A DNA stretch of 61,595 bases, filler included, from Callorhinchus milii (GCF_018977255.1; 3 parts of 3 records of this genome joined end to end with filler, not necessarily neighbours in it), one strand, 5' to 3'. Shown: positions 12,429 to 24,960, counted from the whole stretch's first letter. Numbers and translations: made by a program. Notes: generated from the letters alone by a model not told the origin.

Positions 12429-12656
12429 GCAATAATAATAATAATAATAATCCTTGCATTTGATATAGAGCTTTTCACGTCGGGAGGACGTCCCAAAGCG
12501 CTTCAGAGAACACACTGTAAAGTGAATTGACTGTATATTTGTGGGCGAACGCGGCAGCCAATTGCGCACAGCAATGTCCCACAAACAGTCGTAGATTGGA
12601 AATGACCAATTTATTATTGTTTTTGGATTTGGAGGAATTATTGTTAGGCTCTGTCT
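12429..12656 (-). mobile_element. 5'-truncated SINE
   Basis: Same tail and body as 7029-7260. Confidence 0.88.
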
Positions 12657-12704
12657 AATAATTATTATTATTATCAAGATCTGGGCTCATTCCTCAGGAC
12701 ATCT

Positions 12705-13070
12705 GGACGTATAGCTCAGTGGTTAGAGCACTCGCCTCGCAAGAAGGAGACATTGGTTCGATTCTTATTCGGGCAATTTTTTTNGGCACTTATCCTTACT
12801 CCACACGGCTTGGTTTAACATTGCAGTGAATAGTCACCCGGTTGCTACTCAGATGGCTGATAGATTTCACTGGTAACATTTCCTTAAAAAAGTGCTAAAT
12901 AAGTCATTCAAGCCACAAATATTTGTGCGCGACGTATGTGCGTAATGATCTGCCGCACTGTCCCACAACTTATGCAGTCAATTAACTTTACAGTATACTC
13001 CATGAAGCGCTTTCAGACGTCTCACTGACGTGATAAGGCGTTATATGAAAAGCAAGGGTTATTGTTATTT
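12705..13070 (+). mobile_element. Older full-length SINE
   Basis: TAGCTCAGTGGTTAGAGC A-box, GGTTCGATTC B-box, GAAGCGCTTTCAGACGTC..AAAGCAAGGGTTATT tail. Confidence 0.75.
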
Positions 13071-13346
13071 TTACTTTTATCTGCTTCAGTCTTTGTAACT
13101 CGCTTCCTCTACACTGTCTCTTTCACACATTACTGTGGTTTGCCACTGCGAGGCGGAGGGAATCTGAACTGAAAAGTTAGGAGGAGTCGCAATACATCTC
13201 CAGCAATGAACAGAGACAGAGTAATGACGCGGGGATAATAGTCAACGTCTCAAGTGAACCAACGTTTATCCACCAGCCGCTGACTTTAGATGATTTCTGG
13301 TTGGAATTCATCAGGTTATATTGACGTGAATCGAACAGAGTTGAGA

Positions 13347-13805
13347 ATGAAGCAGATTTTCAGCGCATCGTATATTATTTTGAATTTATCAGTATCGCTT
13401 CTGTGTAAGTACTGTCTGAATTTGGAAAAGCAAACTCTTTTTTACCTGCTAAATATTTACAGTTTATCGCGGCAGACACTTTCCTAATTGCTTTGCGAGT
13501 ATGTTCATTTATTCTGTCTTTCCAGGTGTCTTGGCTGAAAGTGATGTTTCACAGTCACCTCAGGCCGTGACAGGGAATGAAAATGGAAATGTGTCTATGG
13601 AGTGCAACACCACTGTGTCCGGCCCATCCTTTCATTGGTACACACAGTATGGAAACGGCTCCATCCGGCTCTTGGTTTTGGGAACAAGAGACGTCGATAT
13701 GAAGGACAGGATAAGCGCTTTGGCTAATACAAGACAGAAAAACTGCACTCTAACAATCCAAAACCTTCGGGTGACAGACACCGCCACTTACTTCTGTGCG
13801 GAAGG
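13347..13805 (+). CDS. TCR V segment V6 (family A), apparently functional
   Basis: Leader 13347-13404, V exon 13526-13805, both cysteines and Trp intact. Confidence 0.93.
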
Positions 13806-13844
13806 CACAGTGCTGTGTGTCTAAGAGGGACCTGTACAAAAACA
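13806..13844 (+). other. 23-RSS of V6
   Basis: CACAGTG + 23 nt + ACAAAAACA. Confidence 0.95.
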
Positions 13845-15235
13845 TGTTGGTTTTACTGCAACTCAATGGTTAGAGCACTCGCTTCACAAGCGAAATAATT
13901 GGGTTCAATATCGGGCAGTGCAATATGTTGGCCAAGTTTCGTTACTCCACATGCGTCTGTATATCCAGCGATAAGTCGGAATGTGGTTGTTAGTTGATTG
14001 ACCGATCGTTTTTCCGATGGTGATAATTCCTATAAATAGAGAAAAAAATTCAATCCACAACTGTTTGTGGGACACTGCTGCGCGCAAACGGCTGCGACAT
14101 TACGGCCGTAACATAAACAGTCAATTTACTTCACCGTACAACCTACCAAATGCTATGTGTCATCGAATAGGTGATGAAGCGCTATATCAAATGCAAAGTT
14201 CCTTATTATTTTTAATGGTTTACTGAGGCGGAACTAGGAACCCGATTCACAGCAGTTTGGATGATCTCTTTTTTCGGGTGTAATAATCCATCAACAAAAT
14301 GGATCACTCGATCAAAGACTGTTTGAGAGACGCTGCACTATGCACTTGGCTGCCAGGTGTTGCCCACAAAATACACTGTCGACGCACTTTACACGGTACC
14401 CTCTGAAGACCGTACAGTCGACTCGGACAAGTGATAAATCGTTATGTTAATTACAAGCGCTTTTATTAAAACCCAAAGGTTGGTTTAGATAATCATAGGC
14501 ATGGAAATGGTTTCCACATATGTCAGACACCAGTTTAACAAAACTATATGATTATGTATGAAGGATCATTCCGCGAAATAAATCGTACAACACAGTAACT
14601 GGCAGAAAGTTTCCAGCCGTCTGCACACACTCAGCGGCTTCCAATTAATACAACATCCGATCTCGTTTTAACCATCTATATCACAATAAATTTTGACATT
14701 TGATACAGCGCTTCATCTCGTCTCCGCGATTCCTCATAGCACTGCAGAGAATGCAGTATAATGTGTCGTGACTGTGAATTTTATGGGCGAAACTCGGGAA
14801 TCAATTTCACGCAACAGTCGCGGTTTCAGCGATAAAGTTTTGAGAGGTTGTTAACAGGACTTGTTTTTCAAATGTGCTCACAACATCGAGCACTGTTTGT
14901 GAGACAACTTGCGTGCACATGGGCTGCCGCGTTTAGTCCACATAACAAACAGCCACTACAGTTTAATGCACAAACTGAGAAGCGCTATGAGAGTTCACAG
15001 TAATGTGATCAGGAACTGTATCAAATGCACTGATTACTGTCACTATAGAAGCAGAGATGTGAAACTCTGCTGTTTGTGAAAGGCGGGGGTTGGGGACTGG
15101 GGAGAAGGCGAGAAGGGATGGTCCTGCCATCGGATAGTTGGCACAACAAGCGTGGACCTGAGTAATAAAAGACAATTAGTAAGTACATGATCAGAGTGTC
15201 GCCCAACAGAGATGTACCTGCCCCGAGTCTTGTTT

Positions 15236-15401
15236 CAACAACAACAACAACCACAACAACATGATTCCATTTATAAAGCGCCTTTCACGTCAGGAGGACA
15301 TCCCAAGGCGCTGCACAGTTGGGTCATGATCCGAGCATTGGGGAAATGGTCAGGGTGAGGGGAGGGAAGGGTGGGAGCGAGGAGGGGGAAAGGGTCAGGG
15401 T
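15236..15401 (-). mobile_element. 3' end of an L2-type LINE running into an assembly gap
   Basis: Reverse complement of the 19900-20057 LINE tail, including (TTG)n and the CCCT-rich 3' UTR. Confidence 0.88.
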
Positions 15402-15501
15402 NNNNNNNNNNNNNNNNNNNNNNNNNNNNNNNNNNNNNNNNNNNNTTAATTAATTAANNNNNNNNNNNNNNNNNNNNNNNNNNNNNNNNNNNNNNNNNNN
15501 N
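15402..15501. other. Assembly gap with artificial TTAATTAATTAA linker
   Basis: 44 N + 12-nt all-frame stop linker + 44 N. Confidence 0.97.
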
Positions 15502-15893
15502 GCTTCACAGAATACAACTTTGGTTTGTAGTTTGTAGGCCATAGGTGGCAGTTAATTGCGCAGAACATTCTCCCACAAACAGTAATGGTTTCTTACTGTT
15601 ATCATAATTATAATTANTTTTTAACAATTTTGTCCCCCCGAAATGTGATCCAATTAAAAATGTACCTACTTACTGCTGGGTGAACAGAGCTGTGTATTTG
15701 TGGTGTAGGAAACTGGCCTAAGGTTTCGCCCGGGAAACGAACCCACGTCCTCACGCCTCCGAGACCAGTTCGCTATGCGCTGAGCTACAGGACTCCACGA
15801 GTCATGTAGGATGTTGGATGTTTAATGCAATAACACATAGGCATTGGATGATATGTGCAGTAACCAGACTGATAGAACTAATTTATGGCTTAC

Positions 15894-15926
15894 CATCATG
15901 ATAGCTGCTGCCACATAGGTGTCCAT
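15894..15926 (-). pseudogene. Orphan family-B leader exon with promoter (V exon absent or in the gap)
   Basis: Minus strand ATGGACACCTATGTGGCAGCAGCTATCATGATG|GTAAGC; upstream 15930-16200 is homologous to the V2/V4/V10 promoters. It is 7 nt shorter than paralog leaders and has a phase-0 donor. Confidence 0.7.
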
Positions 15927-17149
15927 TGCCATGTGTATGTATGGCGCGGGCCGTTGAGAAAGATTTTATGGTGTAGTTGGAAGAATGTTGGCTGGAAGCC
16001 AGTAGGATACCGTGAAGAGGGCTTAACAGCAAATAACATGCAGAAGTTTCCATGTACTATGTGGGAGCATTTGTTTGGGTTATGCACAAACCACTTGTCT
16101 CGGTCATTTTGCGTCTTCTTATTTGGTCTGACATTTCGCTTCTCCATTGGTTCTTTTCCATCAACGATATGTTTTTGTTCAGCCGAGTGTCTGACACCTG
16201 CTGCGAGTTGCACCCATATTTAGGTTCATCCAAAACATATGCTTGAGTTCTGCCTATCAATGCCATCTGTGCATGCGAATAAATGAATAAATAAATGTGG
16301 AAAGGAACTGGCTTTATATCCCTGGTTTGTTATGTTTCGGGCGATACTTGGCGCAGAATGGCAAGATCCACGACTTGGGGAGGCAAACCTAACTTGAGCT
16401 ACATTCAGATTATGTAATCAATAATTCACTTTTATTATTAATGTCTAGTATGATTACGCCAGCTGTCTGCTGGCATGGTTACCCTCCTTCCTTCAGAATC
16501 CACAGAGTATCCACAAGTTTGCATCTATAACAACAGCAATGATAGCATATGATATAGTGTCCTGTCATTACATCAAGACGTCGCAAAGCGCTTCAGAGTA
16601 TATAATGACAATAATCATTGCGTTACATATACCGCCTAGTCACATCTTATAGACGTCTCAAGGTACCTAATTGAATATGCAGCAACAACAAAATTTCATT
16701 TTTATTTCGAGTACATTGAAGTGAATTCATTGCATGNTTTTTCTGGCGAAATTAGGCCGTGAATTGAGCTAAGCAATGGCCATTGAATTATCTTGCATTG
16801 AATGACCAAATGTATTTTAATTATTATATATCTTTTAAAAAATTGTGGGATTATTCCACGCAGCATACCAATCTGACAATCGACTAAGCGAGCGTCTACC
16901 GACTTACTGCTGACTAAAACGGAGGTTCCGTGTGGAGAAAGGAAACTTGCAAAAGGTTTCTCCCAGTCTCGCCCGCGAATTGAATCCAGGTATTCTCGCT
17001 ATAAACACTGAGATAAAGGACCACACAATCCAGCAGACGTGACACGAACGTGGTGTAATTAGCAAGGAAATTGAGGGAAAACTAAGAGACAGTGAGTGCT
17101 GAGAATTTATTGTGATGAACAAGAGGGGAATTCCTGGCTGATCACTGGG

Positions 17150-17188
17150 GGTTTATGTACGGCCTCTCTATGTGATTGTCTCACTGTG
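17150..17188 (-). other. 23-RSS of V7
   Basis: CACAGTG + 23 nt + ACATAAACC on the minus strand. Confidence 0.93.
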
Positions 17189-17636
17189 TCTCCACTGCAC
17201 ACAAGTAAGTGGCGGCGTCTGTCACTTCTGTGTCTGTGATGCTCAGATTACTGCTCTCGTCTCTGTAGTTCATTGTAGCTGTGATCCTTTCCTTCAGCTG
17301 CTCTCCTGTTTTTCCTGATACCAAGTGGTTGAGGGCCTGTTTCTCATACTGTCTGTACCATTGTAAGACTTGATTCGATACTGTCGTGGAACAGCTGAGA
17401 AGCACTTCTTCCTTCTCCGCAACGGTCACAGAGAGTGGCGACTGTGAGACTGCATCCTGACCATTGACACCTGGTAATACAAGAAAATCTGTTTATGAAA
17501 CTCACTCGTTAATTGTGGTCGAATTAAATACAATTTCTCGCAAAGCGCAAGCGGTGTGTATCGGTGAAACGTACTCACCCCAGAGGAACACGACAGCTTT
17601 CAGGAGGATGAAGAGTGATGTATATTCGCGATTCAT
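17189..17636 (-). CDS. TCR V segment V7 (family E), apparently functional
   Basis: Leader 17636-17579 (MNREYTSLFILLKAVVFLW/G), V exon 17470-17189 (QDAVSQSP..LSC..WYRQ..DAATYLCAVE). Confidence 0.92.
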
Positions 17637-18844
17637 AGCCATCTTTCAACGCTTTAGTGAAGAAATGTAAGTTTCCTTTAAACCTTAGGCAGGTTTCCTT
17701 ATTCGAAGCCCTTCGGTCTACCGAATAATATGTAGGAAACCGGTTGTTAGTCGATTTGCTGATACCGTTCCAGTGGTAATTGTCCCTGAAAAAAAATTGT
17801 CACTCAATCCACGAGAGTTTGAGGGCCTCTGCTGTGTCCAATTCGTACTCGCGTTCTGCCCATAAAATACGCAGTCACTAACTTTGCAGTATTGTCTTTC
17901 AATCGATTTGTGGTGTCTCGTTGATATGATAGGCGCTGTATCAAATGGCAAGAATTATTATCAGATAGATATTCAAAAAGAAGGTTGGAAGTGGTATTCA
18001 GTGGAGGCCGCTGAGTGTGTGGAGACGGCTCGTGAATGGCCGAATGTCTGTTGGTTTCACTTCCCCGGGGGCACATTGTCAATTTGGTAACGAGCCATTG
18101 AGAGGGTTCTAAACGAAAAGGGAGGATCCACGTGAACTCAACAGTTTCTCAGATGTCTCTGCCCCAGTTAGTTGAAAGTTTCCTTCCCGCCCCTTTCCTG
18201 TCTCTGTTTCCGGGTTTCAGCCATTTGGGTAAAAAACAGGTTGGTTTGTATGTTCAAAGCGTTTTCTTGCCTAATTCACAGCTTCATGTCATTGCACTGT
18301 ACTGTGTAGTTCGCAGAATCAGACATCATAATTTACCATTTATTTTCGTTAACTTGGAATCTATCACATGTGGAAACCCATCATAACGATGATGGTTATT
18401 CAATTCCAGATGAAGCGGAGAAATATCTGATTAATCGTTTCATTTGATACAGCATCTTATCGCATCGTATAGACGGCCGAAAGCACCTCGGAGAATTTAA
18501 TGTAAATTAACAAAAGGACAAGTTGAGTGTGGGAGACAGGATTTGTCCTTAACTTGCCCTTAGAAACTTCTCCCACACCCAACAGACCCCAGTTCTGACG
18601 AAGAGTCGTGGACCGGAAAAAAATGATTCTCTTTCCTTTCTCAATAGATGGGGTCTAACCTGTTGAGTTATCCATCTCTCTCTGTTTTTGTTTCAGATTC
18701 CAGCATCTGCAGTATTTTGTGTTTTGATAATGTAAAGCAAATTGATTGCTCGATTTGCGGATAAATTACGCAGCCAATTGGGCAGAGCAATGCCTCAAAT
18801 ATCTAGTTGTGAAACGTGTTTTAATTATTCTTATTAAAGCATTT

Positions 18845-20057
18845 GGTTTTCTCACCGTCTTCATTTTGTCTCGACGAATGGCTTCTCCTCCACCCCCCGT
18901 ACTGTCTCATGTCGTGTCCCTCAGGGCTCTGTCCTTGGCCCCTCCTCTTCACCCTCTATATGCTCCCCCTTGGTGACATCATCCGCAGACATGGAGTTAA
19001 CTTCCACATGTATGCGGATGACACCCAACTCTACCTTTCCTCCTCTACTCTCAACTCCACGACCACCCATGTCCTGAGAGCCTGCCTGTCCGACATCGAG
19101 TCCTGGACGAGAGACAACTTTCTTCAGCTCAACGTGCGAAAAACCGAGGCCCTCCTGATTGGCTCACGTCAGCGCCTCCGCACCTCATGCGCTGACACCA
19201 TCAGCATCCAAGGCTGCACTCTCCACCTCTCAAAGCCAGTCAGGAACCTTGGCGTTTTGTTCGACCCTGAGCTGTCCTTTCTCCCTGACATCCGCACCAC
19301 AACTGGCACCGCCTTCCATCACCTCCGGAACATCGCCAAACTACGGCATTACCTCACCCCTCACGCTGCTGAAACCCTAGTTCACGCCTTCGTCACCTCA
19401 AGGCTGGACTATGGGAACTCTATCCTCGCCGGCCTTCCCGCCACCTCCCTCCACAAGCTGCAGGTCATTCAGAACTCTTCAGCTCGTGTACTGTCCCGCA
19501 CCAGGCTTCGCGATCACATCACTCCCACCCTCGCTCGCCTCCACTGGCTCCCCATCCCCCAGAGGATTGATTTCAAGATCCTCATCCTCACCTACAAGGC
19601 CATTCACGGCCTTGCTCCCTCCTACCTCTCCGACCTACTATCCCCCTACCTACCTGCCCGTACCCTCCGTTCCTCTGGCTCCGGGCTTCTCCACGTCCCC
19701 CGCCCCAACCGCCCTACCATCTGTGGTCGGGCCTTCAGCCTCTCAGCCCCCAGGCTCTGGAACTCCATCCCCCAGTGCCTTCGCCTTGCTTCCTCCCTTT
19801 CCTCCTTCAAGGCCGGTCTCAAAACCTTTCTCTTTGACCGAGCCTTCAGCTCCCATCTCGACTCTCTTCCCCCTCCTCGCTCCCTCCCTTCCCTCCCTTC
19901 ACCCTGACCATTTCCCCCCTCCTCGCTCCCTCCCTTCCCTCCCCTCACGCTGACCATTTCCCCCCTGCTCGGGTCATGACCCAACTGTGCAGCGCCTTGG
20001 GACGTCCTCCTGACGTGAAAGGCGCTTTATCAATGGAATCTTGTTGTTGTTGTTGTT
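18845..20057 (+). mobile_element. 5'-truncated L2-clade LINE, C-terminal half of the reverse transcriptase ORF plus 3' UTR
   Basis: VPQGSVLGP (frameshift in a C-run near 18940), YADDTQLY, NFLQLN..KTE, RNLGV.FD, TSRLDY.NS, HITP.L..LHWLP, AP.LWNS motifs; stop at 19907; (TTG)n tail. Confidence 0.95.
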
Positions 20058-20340
20058 GAGTCTTTGCCAAAGTTTCATACTTATCCTTGGACAAACGTTT
20101 GCGGGAGTTTCAATACAGAAAACTTTGGTCGGGTTTGGCGCTCTCATGACCGGTAAAGAGACCCAGGTCCTCTCGTTTGCAAGGCGAGTGGTACAACCAC
20201 AATATTACAGGACACCACATTCCTGCAGTCATGACATGAACACGCCGTCATTAACAAGGAATTTGGGGGATATTAAGAGGCAGTGAGTGCTGAGCAGTTA
20301 TTGTCATGAACAAAAGGGGAATTGCTGACTAATTACTGAA

Positions 20341-20379
20341 GGTTTGTGTACGGCCTCTCCATGTGATTGTGTCACTGTT
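20341..20379 (-). other. Defective 23-RSS of V8
   Basis: AACAGTG (first C lost) + 23 nt + ACACAAACC. Confidence 0.88.
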
Positions 20380-20800
20380 TCTCTACTGCACACAAGTAGG
20401 TGGCGGCGTCAGTCACTTCTGTGCCTGTGATGCTCAGATTACTGCTCCCGTCTCTATAATTCATTGTAGCTGTGATCCTCTCCTTCTGTGGCTCTCCTGT
20501 CTTTCCTGTTACCAAGCGTTTGAGGGCCTGATTCGGATATTTTCTGTATCATTGTAAAGCCCGCGATTCTGTTGTGGAACAGCTGACAATTTCTTGTTCC
20601 TTCTCCTTAAAAGTCACAGGGAGTGGCGACTGGGAGGCTGTATTCTGACCACTGACACCTGGTAAATACAAAACAGTTGGTTTATGAAACCCATCCTTCA
20701 AATGTGGTGGAATTACATACAATTTCTGTAAAGCACACTCACCCCAGAAAGTCACGGCAGCTGTCAGGAGCAGGAATCCTAAAGTGTAATCGCGCTTCAT
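20380..20800 (-). pseudogene. TCR V segment V8 (family E), nonsense at the conserved Trp
   Basis: Leader 20800-20743, V exon from 20658; TGG>TGA at 20551-20549; the downstream sequence still aligns to V7. Confidence 0.92.
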
Positions 20801-21190
20801 AACGAATCTTTCCGCGCTTTGATGAACAGATGCAAGTTTCCTTTGAAACCACAATCAGCTTTCCTCATTTCACGCGCCTCTGTTTACAGAACACGAAGTT
20901 GGAATGCGATAGTCAATTGGCGAATCGCTTTCAAAGGATAATTATCCCTTAAAAGAATGGGACTCGACCCGCGACTGGTTGATTGTCTCTGTTTTGTCTA
21001 ATCGTTGCTATAATTTCGACCATACAATACGCCGTCACTATACTTTACAGTTTAACATGTGAAGCGCTTCCATATGCCTCAGAGATAATTTAAAGCGCTA
21101 TATAAAACGTCAAGTATTGTTATGATAGTCACAAGAATGCAGGACGATGTATTCAGTGGAAGACCCTGAGCGTGTGCGGGCGGCCAGACT

Positions 21191-21522
21191 ATAATAATAA
21201 TAATAATAATAATCCTTGCATTTGATATAGCGCTTTTCACGTCGGGAGGACGTCCCAAAGTGCTTCACAGAATATACTGTAAAGTGAATTGACTGTATAT
21301 TTTGTGGGCGAACGCGGCAGCCAATTGCGCACAGCAATGTCCCACAAACAGTCGTAGATTGAAAATGACCAATTTATTATTGTTTTTGGGTTTTTGGAGG
21401 GATTATTATTAGGCGTGTGGAGTATGGAAACTTGCCCAAGGTTTCGCCCTGACCTGCCTGCAATTGAACCCAGGTGTTTTGCTTGCAAAGCAAGTGCTCT
21501 AACCACTGAGCTACAGGACTCC
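21191..21522 (-). mobile_element. Full-length SINE
   Basis: GGAGTCCTGTAGCTCAGTGG head, GGTTCAATTGC B-box, (ATT)n tail. Confidence 0.9.
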
Positions 21523-22037
21523 ACTATGTGTTGGCATCAAGTCCCCGGGGGCAGGTGTCAAGTTGGTAATAAGTTGAAACGAGCCATTGCGAAGGTTCAA
21601 AGCGAAAGAGGAGGAATCACGTAATATCAGCAGTTTTTCAGATGTCTCTGCCCCAATTAGTTCAAAGTTTCCTTCCGGCCCGTTTCCGCTCTATGCATCT
21701 GGGTTTCAGAAGTTTGCGTACAAGACACAATTATTTCTGGCATAATCCATTACTACAAGTTATTTTTCTCTGCTGTTTATTTCGCTGAATGACGCTTCAT
21801 ATTTTAACATTTAATGTTAAGCTGGTGCATGAAATATGTCGATACACATCACCATCATTATGAGTATATATATTATATATATTATATTATATGGGCGAAA
21901 CACAGCAACGAATTGCACACTTCAATGTCACACAGACTGTGGTGGTCAGAGTGACAATGTCTTCTCAAAATACCAAATTTTTATATTTTTTCATTTTTAA
22001 TTTACATGCGTCCACGTTACACCTGGAACTTTTCCAT

Positions 22038-22240
22038 NNNNNNNNNNNNNNNNNNNNNNNNNNNNNNNNNNNNNNNNNNNNNNNNNNNNNNNNNNNNNNN
22101 NNNNNNNNNNNNNNNNNNNNNNNNNNNNNNNNNNNNNNNNNNNNNNNNNNNNNNNNNNNNNNNNNNNNNNNNNNNNNNNNNNNNNNNNNNNNNNNNNNNN
22201 NNNNNNNNNNNNNNNNNNNNNNNNNNNNNNNNNNNNNNNN
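22038..22240. other. Assembly gap
   Basis: 203 N. Confidence 0.98.
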
Positions 22241-22790
22241 CTCTCTTTTTCACTCTGGTTCTTTCTCTCTAACATTACCGATTCTGTTTATGGAGATACG
22301 GAGAGCATTAATAAAAATTATGATCCTCGCTCTTGGCATAGCGACTTAATATGTTTTGAAGACATCTCAAAAATATTTTCAGATTACAGAGTGAAGAGAA
22401 TATGTCAATTGAATTTTTGGAATAGACAAATGTTTAGGAACGTCGGAGTGTGCCTTGTGGTCACTCTTGGAAATTAAATCGCCAAAACGTGGATTAATTT
22501 CCAACGTCTTATCACGTGTTCGAGAAGTCTCAAAGCCTGTTCCTGAACATACCTGATAGGCAATATGCACTGTGTTTTATTTGCCATTCGCTGCAGCGAT
22601 TAATGCACAGCATTTAACCAAAAAAGAGTCTTAATTGACTAAATTTTAATTATTTCCTTATGAAGGGAATATTATCCAGAAAATTTGCGATCCACCAACC
22701 GACAAACAGCTGGGTTCCTACTCACTGCTAGGTAAACATCGGTGAGTATGTAGACCAAGGAAACTTGCCTAAGTTCATGAGTGTTTGCTG

Positions 22791-22829
22791 AGTTTTTGTA
22801 CGGGGAACCTGCCTTCCTGTAACAGTGTG
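22791..22829 (-). other. 23-RSS of V9
   Basis: CACACTG + 23 nt + ACAAAAACT. Confidence 0.93.
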
Positions 22830-23648
22830 GGCTCCAGGGCACAGTAATACACAGCGCTGTCACCCACAACAGCCCCGAGTATATGCAGCTCAATTACTTT
22901 ATTCTCCTTCGTCAAATCGGCAGTGAAACGGTCAGGAGGATTATCTACATTTCCAGAGGAATATATCCTGAAGAGGTACTGAGGAGTTCCATCTGGATAT
23001 TGCCTGTACCAGAAGGCAGCCTGCAATGAGGAATAACTGCAGTTCAGTGTCACGTTTTGTCCTTCAAAATCTGTTATCTCGGGAGGATATTGGGATACGA
23101 CATCTTGCCCGTAGACTTCTGCAAGAACAAAACAAAAACACGTTTTGCTGAGTAACGTTCAGTGGAGATTTGCAATCATAATAATTATTATAATAATTTC
23201 GTTTTCTATAACACGTTATCACACGGTTTGGACGTCTGAAAGCCCACACGGAATGCATTTTTATGAGAACTGACTATATTTTGAGGGAGAAAAGTTGCAG
23301 CCAATTAAGAGCTGCGTTGTCGCCCAAACCGTCATGGAATGATTAACGAAGTTATTGTTGACTGATTTATTCTCCAATGCATTATTAGCCTTGGAAAGCT
23401 ATCCCTAAATCAACTATCAACCTCTTTCCTACTTACTGCCGGTAAACAGAGGCTTGAGGTGTAAGCAAACTTGCTGGAAGTTTCTAGTTGCCCGGGAGTC
23501 GAACCCTGGCCCTCTCTCTTGTGGGATGAGTGCTCCAAATGTTAAGCATCTAATGTTATATAATGTACAGTTCATGCCCTGGGAAAGTCCACACATACTT
23601 ACTGGCTATGGTGAGGATGGCTATCAGTAACTGGCAGTGAGCTGTCAT
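22830..23648 (-). CDS. TCR V segment V9 (family C), apparently functional
   Basis: Leader 23648-23603 (MTAHCQLLIAILTIA), V exon 23118-22830 (QDVVSQYP..LNC..FWYRQ..DSAVYYCALE). Confidence 0.93.
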
Positions 23649-24784
23649 GTTGGCTGCTGAGGTGTGGACAGATAACTGAATCTCCTTCTTCGTATATCGC
23701 TGTGTTGCTGCTTCAGTGACAAGTTGTGAGACAGCGGCTGATCTGACGGGTTCAGTGGTTCATTATCTCCAATTGTAGGCGTTTCTCACTAACAAGAGGA
23801 TTTTAAACTTGATCTTCTGGTGATTCGCAGCCAGTGGGTCTGTTCTCGGATAGGAACGTAGACTCGCCTTTCACCGACAAATATTTTAATTTATGTTGTA
23901 TTCTGTGATGCTCTTTGAGACGTCTCGAAGTAGTGATGAGACGGTATATCAAGTGAAAGATTTATTATCATTACTGTGAAAGCATTAGTTTGTTTGATGT
24001 TGAACAATGCAGGCTAACCTAAGTGATTTTGGCTTTAATTTCTCTCATCAAAGCTGAGGTGACAGCCTTTCTCTGTTGATGGTAGTTTCTATTCTGAGTC
24101 AGAATGTTGTTGGTTTAGGAGACAAATCGGAAATTTGAGCTCACAGTCTAGACTGAAAGTCAAATTCAGGACTGTGTGTGGAATGTGTTGTCCTCAAAAC
24201 TAAGATAAAAGCCATCACTGTCATTATGAATATTCGTGGGTAAATTAATGTTTGAATTTTGCTTCATGTTTTGGCTCATAATGTACAGTCACTTTTATAG
24301 AAAAACGTCATAAAGTCTTGGATCAGCCTTCATCGTGAAGAAAGTTCTATCAAAGGCAAGGATTATTATTATTTCTATTATTAGTAGTATCGTTGTCCAA
24401 ACCTTCTGAGCATTGAATCAGCGCCTTGGGACGTACTCCCGACGTGAAAGGCGCTCAATAAGTGGAATCTTGTTGTTGCTGTTGTTGTTGAATCACAGTA
24501 AGGAATCTGCCAACTAAGATACCTAAATTAAATTGAACAAAGTGATCTTGAGTTTTCTTCTGTATTTTAACCAAAACAATGACCATATTGGTATTAACAA
24601 AATCAAGCACATTTGTTACCGAAATGAGAAATATTTACGTGCGGCTGCTTACTTGGGAGAAAGACAATAAAATATAAATGATGCCATTTTTATTGCTTCT
24701 TGAGCAAACTAAAGCCACGTGGCAGACAAATCTTTGTAAACTACAGTTGTACTATCACCAGTGTATATGAGGGAACTATGTCAC

Positions 24785-24960
24785 CTGTAACAGGAAGCAC
24801 CTGTTATCGCTGACAAGTCAACTAGTTACAGAGGAAGAACATGACAATTTATGTAAGTTGCAGCTCATGTTATGATGGTTTTTGGTTCGCCATCTGCTGG
24901 TCGTTTGTAGCTAAAGCACGTGTACAGTTGGAGACATTTGATAGCAAACAGTTCACAGCC
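24785..24960 (-). promoter_or_regulatory. Conserved non-coding module, copy 3 (CTCF motif, inverted with the V genes)
   Basis: Minus strand CCAGCAGATGGCGA (24900-24887) and CAGGTGCTTCCTG. Confidence 0.62.

Noticed and set aside
15446-15457. TTAATTAATTAA palindrome (also 33338-33349)
   Set aside because: It is centred in 100-bp N gaps and is an assembly linker, not biological sequence.
19411-19984. Pro/Ser-rich and Gly/Arg-rich ORFs overlapping the LINE
   Set aside because: These are alternate-frame and antisense shadows of the C-rich L2 ORF2 and 3' UTR.
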